NCBI GenBank assembly: GCA_032718475.1
Contig: JAUCBJ010002298.1
Location: 1 to 43,558, forward strand
Direction: 5' to 3'
Source of the DNA: Nemertoderma westbladi
Taxonomy: Eukaryota > Animalia > Xenacoelomorpha
DNA length: 43,558 bases
Of the stretch, positions 36,499 through 43,558 are shown in pieces. The notes below the pieces were generated by a model. It ran no database searches. It was not told the origin of the DNA and was given only the letters and a program-made list of their open reading frames with translations. A program made the translations under genes and the position numbers. Position 1 is the stretch's first letter; the number at the start of each line of letters is the position of its first letter.

Positions 36499-38271
36499 CA
36501 TGCGTAGGCTGACTGTGCTGATTATGGTACTGTCAGACTGTGGTACCTAAGCTATATACTGTTAGGTATATTGCTGTATTGGTGTGGGGTTAGGAATAAT
36601 CCATTTGTTTTAGCATTGAACTGTTGAATCCCCTTATTTATTATAAAACCATTGGAAATATTCGCAAATGCCGCTCCATTACTGTCTGAAACGCTCCCGA
36701 CAGTCCGATGTATCTGGACCCGAGCAGCCGAGTTGCTTCAAGAGGTGATTAATGGGGGAATACTACGGAATTGCTTGTTTGTCAGTACGATTCTATTTGG
36801 GTATTTACTACACTCAGACACTGGGAATACGGCGGTCGGTCAGATCGTAATGCGGGCCACTGCCAAGTTCATCATGCCTCACTCCGGTCACCCACCTTGG
36901 AGTACGGTGGGAAGAGTCCCACTTACTGACTTACATCGACGACTGGACGAATCGACGAGGATTGATATCTGGGTTTAGCGGCGGCCCGGATCCTGGGATC
37001 GCCTGGGGGAAATGGTTGAACGTTGGGCAGACGTTATCGGACTGGATTACGTTCTCTGTGACGCGAAAGTGTGAAGCGAATTCGTTGTCAAATTGGGTCG
37101 GAAGCTGCGGGAATTCTACTGTTCTACGGGAGTAAACCGCAGCGGTCCGGTGACTACGGACGGATACTACTGGGATAAGCAGGTATTTCGATCGAGTTTC
37201 TCGTATTCTCGATGCTCGAGGCGGATAGAGAGTTGGTTGTGTAGGGCGGTGTTGTTCAATTCTATCAAACATATTAAATAATTGGTAAAATAATAAAAAC
37301 ACACCAGATAAAGATACTTATGGTAAAGAGATAGGCCGAACTTACAATTTCCAAATAGATTGTTCATATAATAAATATATTTTTGGTATTTGATTTCAAG
37401 ATAGGGGGGGGGGGGGAACTGGACGCAATAAAAATTCATCCCTCTCCAGGGGAAATTGGACGCAAATAACAACAGCTGATTACTCTCAAAAATAAAACTG
37501 TAACCTGTTCTATTGTGTTTACTTTATTGTTTTGGTTAAAATAACGTGCCACTGTAACCTGCTCCTTTCCCAAAATTTAGAAATTAATATTGAGGCGGGA
37601 TATTAATTCGCCAAGATGGGATTTGCGTCCAGTCCCACCCCCCTCCTATCTCTTGATTTCACTAAAAAATAGAATACATTGCATTTTACTGTTATAATTA
37701 CTGTATTGAATAAAATAATTAATTGATTGTTTATTAAACCGTGCTAAGCACGTTGAACTGGAGCTCTAACAATTCCCCACTAGCGGCAGACAGGAACTGT
37801 AAAAGTCTCTGTAGAATTTCTAATTAAGCAATGCTCTTAGGTAACTACTACTAAATTTCAGATGAATCTGATCGTTGGTTCTATAATTACAGCTATTTTT
37901 ACGTTTTTGTTAATTCGACCCCTAGCGGCAGACTGGGGAACTGTAGAAGTCTGTCTGTGTGTAGAATTTCTAAATTTTTTTAAGACTACAAGTGTACCAA
38001 GTTTGGTTCCATTTCATCCATGATTGACCGACTTATTAGCGTTCAAACATTCCTGCCACGAATAAAAGCTGCAGGAACTCGAGCGATAATTAATTTATTT
38101 ATTATTAAATACTGTTTCAATTAAATTCTTTACGAAAATCTAGTCATCTTCTTTTAAATATGGACCCTGCATTCATGGAAAATATAATATTTGATAATCC
38201 ATCAGTCACCAGTCAGCCTACGCTAATTTCACAGCAAAGTCCTTGTCATGGCCTGTGTGTAGTAGGCAATG
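36499..38271. mobile_element. Nested non-autonomous TIR element with 8-bp TSD (P- or hAT-like), copy in unit 1
   Basis: TSD GTACCACC at 36491-36498 and 38272-38279. Left TIR partly deleted relative to the unit 2 copy. Confidence 0.7.
37399..37652. mobile_element. MULE-like MITE family A, copy 2
   Basis: Perfect 9-bp TSD TTGATTTCA (37390-37398, 37653-37661); TIRs as in 533-799. Confidence 0.9.
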
Positions 38272-38496
38272 GTACCACCCTACTACCGGTACCGGCTGAC
38301 CGGTGGCAACTAGCACTTGCACAGCAACAGCCCTACCGGCGATACACAGGTTGAAATTTATGTAGAGTTTGCTCAACAGTACAGATATAAAATAGTTATC
38401 TAAATTATATATATTACTATTGACAAGTATTGAAATATATACCGTTATTCGTGTTATCAGTATTTGCAACATCTGACATTGAAGAGGTGAGAGAAG

Positions 38497-38955
38497 ATGA
38501 ATACCAACACTCAACAAAACCAACGCTTATCACAGGTCGGTATGGTTACCTCGAAACCAGCGCGACTGTCCACTCGAATACAACTTCAAAACACAAACGC
38601 CAACAATAAACTGAAAGCGAATCGAACGTCTTCAGAAGAATCTGTCATTGGGACGAAGAAAAGGAAGCCGAAACCACGGGAATGGACCACAGCTAAGATT
38701 GAATGCTCCCATTGTCAGAGTTCCTGGACCGAAATTGAAACACCAATTGCCGATGGGCTTGATCTCTCAAACCAAAACTTCCTCTGCGGGGTTTGCGCGG
38801 CAGTAAAGATTGAAAGTCTGGAAGCTGGCATCCCTAGGTATTATTATTATAAAGAGCATCAGCCTGCGTTTAATAAATATATTTTAATACAAAACAGGTC
38901 GAACGCAAAGAGGCTTATAATGAAGACGAGTACTGCATTGATTATATTCCTATAA
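38497..38955 (+). other. 152-codon ORF with a CxxC..CxxC zinc-finger-like segment; possibly a captured LINE ORF1 5' fragment
   Basis: KIECSHCQSSW..FLCGVC followed by a short helical segment. Basic patch KKRKPKPR. Sequence turns AT-rich after ~38840. Confidence 0.4.
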
Positions 38956-39833
38956 ACCACCTGGCTTTGCATATTGAACGTGCGTTTGGAAATAAGTTCG
39001 TGCTACCCTTCCGTGGGTGGTAGATGTCGCGGTTATGTATTGGTGGGTGGGAAGGGAGGGGGGGGGGGTGCAGATTAAAAGGGGTGAACACGTACTGTCC
39101 CCCTTTCTTTGATTAATTGGTGGTGTTGGTTAATCTCTCATAACCTGATTTTGTGATACAGTCGCACAATTTTAATTTGTATCTCATAACTGGGCCTCGT
39201 GCTGCGCGAAGGCCCCACGAACGTGTCGTTCTGTCGTTCTGTCGCGTTTTTTTTCAGTATTTTATTTTAAACGTTAATAACTCGGCCAATCCTTGATGAA
39301 ATCTATCCAAACTTGGTACACATGTTGTTTGGCAAAAGTTTGAAAATTTTCCAAGTAGAATTTGCGTGGGGTCTTCGTGCAGCATCAGTGCTGTTATTGC
39401 AGTTATAATAAATTTATTTATCCAAATTTAAAATGCGTTAAATTATTATTACTGTAGGATAAATCAGCTGGGTTTTCTGACAAATTTTGCAATACATTGG
39501 GGTTGTCTGCATGTACCATGTGTACCGGTACTGTCAGGCTGTACTCAATCCCTGAATCGAGAATCCTGCGAATGAATTGAGAATCAGTCAATACTGCAAT
39601 ACTGGTCAGCCGGTACCATACACTGCAGACATGCCATATCATGTAATCTAATTAACCCCGGCAACCCTTGCGGTGATTAAAGTTTAGGCCTAATTAGCCC
39701 AGTACCGGTACCGGCACAGGTAATAATAATATAATAGTTTAGATAGTTACCGCTAATCATTCAGTCATTGCTGCATTGGCACGGTACACCGTATTGCTGT
39801 ACTGCCGTTGTAGTGCGCACCGTAGGTACCACC

Positions 39834-41630
39834 CATGGCCATGACAAGGACTTTGCTGTGAAATTAGCGTAGGCTGACTGTGCTGATTATCAGATTATGG
39901 TACTGTGGTACAAGCTATATACTGTTAGGTATACTGCTGTATTGGGGTGGGGTTAGGAATAATCCATTTGTTTTAGCATTTAATCCCCTTATTTATTATA
40001 AAACCATTGGAAATATTCGCAAATGCCGCTCCATTACTGTCTGAAACGCTCCCTGGACCCGTATCTGGACCCGAGCAGCCGAGTTGCTTCAAGAGGTGAT
40101 TAACGGGGGAATACTACGCTGCTACGGAATTGCTTGTTTGTCAGTACGATTCTATTTGGGTATTTACTACACTCAGACACTGGGAATACGGCGGTCGGTC
40201 AGATCGTAATGCGGGCCACTGCCAAGTTCCTCATGCCTCACTCCGGTCACCCACCTTGGAGTGCGGTGGGAAGAGTCCCACTTACTGACTTACGTCGACG
40301 ACTGGACGAATCGACGAGGATTGCGATCTGGGTTTAGCGGCGGCCCGGATCCTGGTATCGCCTGGGGGAAATGGTTGAACGTCGGGCATACTTGTATCGC
40401 ACTGGATTACGTTCTCTGCGACGTGAAAGTGTGAAGCGAATTCGTTGTCGAATTGGGTCGAAAGCTGCGGGAATTCTACTGTTCTACGGGAGTAAACCGC
40501 AGCGGTCCGGTGACTACGGACGGATACTACTGGGATAAGCAGGTATTTCGATCGAGTTTCTCGTATTCTCGATGCTCGACAGCTCGAGGCGGATAGAGAG
40601 TTGGTTGTGTTGGGCGGTGTTGTTCAATTCTATCAAACGTATTAAATAATTGGTAAAATAATAAAAACACACCAGATAAAGATACTGAGCTTATGGTAAA
40701 GAGATAGGCCGAACTTACAATTTCCAAATAGATTGTTCATATAATAAATATATTTTTGGTATTTGATTTCAAGATAGGGGGGGGGGGGGGGGGGGGGGAC
40801 TGGACGCAATAAAAATTCATCCCTCTCCAGCGGAAATTGGACGCAAATAACAACAGCTGATTACTCATTAAAAAATAAAACTGTAACCTGTTCTATTGTG
40901 TTTACTTTATTGTTTTGGTTAAAATAACGTGCCACTGTAACCTGCTCCTTTCCCAAAATTGAGAAATTAATATTGAGGCGGGATATTAATTCGCCAAGAT
41001 GGGATTTGCGTCCAGTCCCACCCCCCTCCTGTCTCTTGATTTTACTAAAAAATAGAATACATTGCATTTTACTGTTATAATTACTGTATTGAATAAAATA
41101 ATTAATTTATTGTTTATTAAACCGTGCTAAGCACGTTGAACTGGAGCTCTAACAATTCCCCACTAGCGGCAGACAGGAACTGTAAAAGTCTCTGTAGAAT
41201 TTCTAATTAAGCAATGCTCTTAGGCAATGCTCGTATTTTTACGTTCCTGTTAATTCGCCCCCTAGCGGCAGACAGGGGAACTGTAGAAGTCTATCTGTGT
41301 GTAGAATTTCAAAATTTGTTATAGACTACATGTGTACCAAGTTTGGTTCCATTTCATCCTTGATTGACTGACTTATAAGCGTTCAAACATTCCTGCCACA
41401 AACATAGCCAGAGGCAGCCACAAACAAATAAAAGCTGCAGGAACTCTAGCGATAATTAATTAATTAATTATTAAATACTGTTTCAATTAAATTATTTACG
41501 AAAATCTACTTATCTTCTTTTAAATATGGACCCTGCATTCGTGGAAAATATAATATTTGATAATTCAGCAGTCAGCCTACGCTAATTTCACAGCAAAGTC
41601 CTTGTCATGGCCTGTGTGTAGTAGGCCATG
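39834..41630. mobile_element. Nested non-autonomous TIR element with 8-bp TSD (P- or hAT-like), copy in unit 2
   Basis: Termini CATGGCC..GGCCATG; 44-bp inverted repeat 39837-39880 / 41569-41612; TSD GTACCACC at 39826-39833 and 41631-41638. Confidence 0.8.
40772..41035. mobile_element. MULE-like MITE family A, copy 3 (duplicated with the tandem unit)
   Basis: TSD TTGATTTCA / TTGATTTTA; same site as copy 2. Confidence 0.9.
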
Positions 41631-41863
41631 GTACCACCCTACTACCGGTACCGGCTGACCGGTGGCAACTAGCACTTCAGCACTTGCACAGCAACAGCAC
41701 TACCGGCGATACACAGGTTGGAATTTATGTAGAGTTTGCTCAACAGTACAGATATAAAATAGTTATCTAAATTATATATATTACTATTGACAAGTATTGA
41801 AATATATACCGTTATTCGTGTTATCAGTATTTGCAACATCTGACATTGAAGAGGTGAGAGAAG

Positions 41864-42322
41864 ATGAATACCGGCACTCAACAAAACCAACGCTTATCAC
41901 AGGTCGGTATGGTTACCTCGAAACCGGCGCGACTGTCCACTCGAATACAACTTCAAAACACAAACGCCAACAATAAACTGAAAGCGAATCGAACGTCTTC
42001 AGAAGAATCTGTCATTGGGACGAAGAAAAGGAAGCCGAAACCACGGGAATGGACCACAGCTAAGATTGAATGCTCCCTTTGTCAGAGTTCCTGGACCGAA
42101 ATTGAAACACCAATTGCCGATGGGCTTGATCTCTCAAACCAAAACTTCCTCTGCGGGGTTTGCGCGGCAGTAAAGATTGAAAGTCTGGAAGCTGGCATCC
42201 CTAGGTATTATTATTATAAAGAGCGTCAGCCTGCGTTTAATAAATATATTTTAATACAAAACAGGTCGAACGCAAAGAGGCTTATAATGAAGACGAGTAC
42301 TGCATTGATTATATTCCTATAA
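41864..42322 (+). other. Second copy of the 152-codon zinc-finger-like ORF
   Basis: Three amino-acid differences from 38497-38955, no indels. Confidence 0.4.
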
Positions 42323-42691
42323 ACCACCTGGCTTTGCATATTGAACGTGCGTTTGGAAATAGGTTCGTGCTACCCTTCCGTGGGTGGTAGATGTCGCGGT
42401 TATGTATTGGTGGGTGGGAAGGGAGGGGGGGGGGGGGGTGCAGATTAAAAGGGGTGAACACGTACTGTCCCCCTTTCTTAGATTAATTGGTGGTGTGGGT
42501 TAATCTCTCATAACCTGATTTTGTGATACAGTCGCACAATTTTAATTTGTATCTCATAACTGGGCCTCGTGCTGCGCGAAGGCCCCACGAACGTGTTAGC
42601 TTAGGCCTATATTTATGGTGGCGTGTGGACTGTGGAGCCATGTTATAATAACGCAATAATTTTTATTGTCCGTTTAAATCCTTTTTTTTTT

Positions 42692-42883
42692 ACTTTTTAT
42701 GTCCTCCAGAAATCTAACGTTAGGTTCCATGCTACCGGTTTCTCTACTGCTGTTCTCTCAGGCTATCAGTACCGGTATTAGTTTGATTTTGACTTTTTAT
42801 GTCCTCCAGAAATTTACCGTTAGGTTCCATGCTACCGGTTTCTCTACCGACTGTTCTCTCAGGCTATCAGTACCGGTATTAGT
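42692..42883. repeat. 100-bp direct repeat x2
   Basis: ACTTTTTATGTCCTCCAGAAAT..CAGTACCGGTATTAGT at 42692 and 42792. Confidence 0.9.
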
Positions 42884-43035
42884 ATATAGAGCACTATTTT
42901 GCAGTATTGCATGTACAGATGTAGGTATAAAACAGGTATTTTAGTACCGGTACCGGCACCGGTACTGCTATAGGCCTACTGTGTAGCCTACCATTTAAAT
43001 ACGGTACTGGTAGGCCTACCGGCTGACCGGTTGTA

Positions 43036-43558
43036 TTGGTTAGAAAATCCCGCCTCTGTAACCTGCTCCGTTCCCTGATTTGGTAAAGTGACCGTTTATT
43101 GTTTTGGTTAGAAAGGCCTGCCTCTGTAACCTGCTCCTTCCCTTCATTTTGTAAAGTGACTGTTTATTGTTTTGGTTAGAAAATCCCGCCTCTGTAACCT
43201 GCCCCTTTCCCTCAAATAGTTAAGTGATCGTTTATAGTTTTGGTTAGGAAATCCCGCCTCTGTAACCTGCTCCTTTCTCTCAATTATGGTAATGGTATCG
43301 TTTATTGTTTTGGTTAGAAAATCCCGTCTCTGTAACCTGCTCCTTTCCCTGATTTGGTAAAGTGACTGTTTATTGTTTTGGTTAGAAAATCCCGCCTCTG
43401 TAACCTGCTCCTTTCTCTCAATTGGTAATGTTATCGTTTATTGTTTTGGTTAGAAAATCGCGTCTCTGCAACCTGCTCCATTCCCTGATTTCGTAAAGTG
43501 AGTGTTTATTGTTTTGGTGAGAAAATCCCGCCCCTGTAACCCGCTCCTTTCCCTCAAT
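43036..43558. repeat. 68-bp satellite, at least 7.5 units, running off the window end
   Basis: GTTTATTGTTTTGGTTAGAAAATCCCGCCTCTGTAACCTGCTCCTTTCCCT.. starts at 43094, 43162, 43230, 43300, 43368, 43436 and 43504. Confidence 0.97.

Larger units (their letters stand above)
36195..39226 (+). repeat. Right part of composite tandem unit 1
   Basis: Collinear with 39508-42596, with small indels. Confidence 0.93.
39224..42596 (+). repeat. Composite tandem unit 2 (~3.37 kb), lacking the LTR insertion
   Basis: Equals 23126-23373 plus 36195-39226. Both units end in GGGCCTCGTGCTGCGCGAAGGCCCCACGAACGTGT. Confidence 0.93.

Noticed and set aside
37776-37940. CTCF-like sites in the CC(A/C)CTAGCGGCAG repeats
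   Set aside because: One base short of the consensus spacing and part of a transposon-internal duplication.

Overview
AT-rich eukaryotic (probably invertebrate animal) genomic DNA made almost entirely of nested repeats. From left to right: a MULE-type MITE; a 39-bp minisatellite; a 32-bp minisatellite split by a 4.5-kb decayed APE/RT LINE; a second MULE-type MITE; one intact, GC-rich RNase H1 ORF with an uninterrupted coding region (- strand), the only convincing host-type gene; a second decayed LINE and an AT microsatellite; a 5'-truncated RTE element nested in an older L2/CR1-like remnant; and an L2 3' fragment. Next comes a young 12.8-kb BEL/Pao LTR element (- strand, 23400-36194) that keeps gag and protease but has lost RT, most of RNase H and integrase. 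It is inserted in the first of two tandem ~3.4-kb composite units that contain further nested TIR elements. A 68-bp satellite runs off the right end, and its monomer is also the core of two MITE families. Best novelty candidate: the BEL element has no tRNA-type PBS. Instead, the 11 nt abutting its 5' LTR are perfectly complementary to an 11-mer inside the LTR, which resembles Tf1-type self-priming. All calls come from reading the sequence and ORF track by eye; no searches were run.
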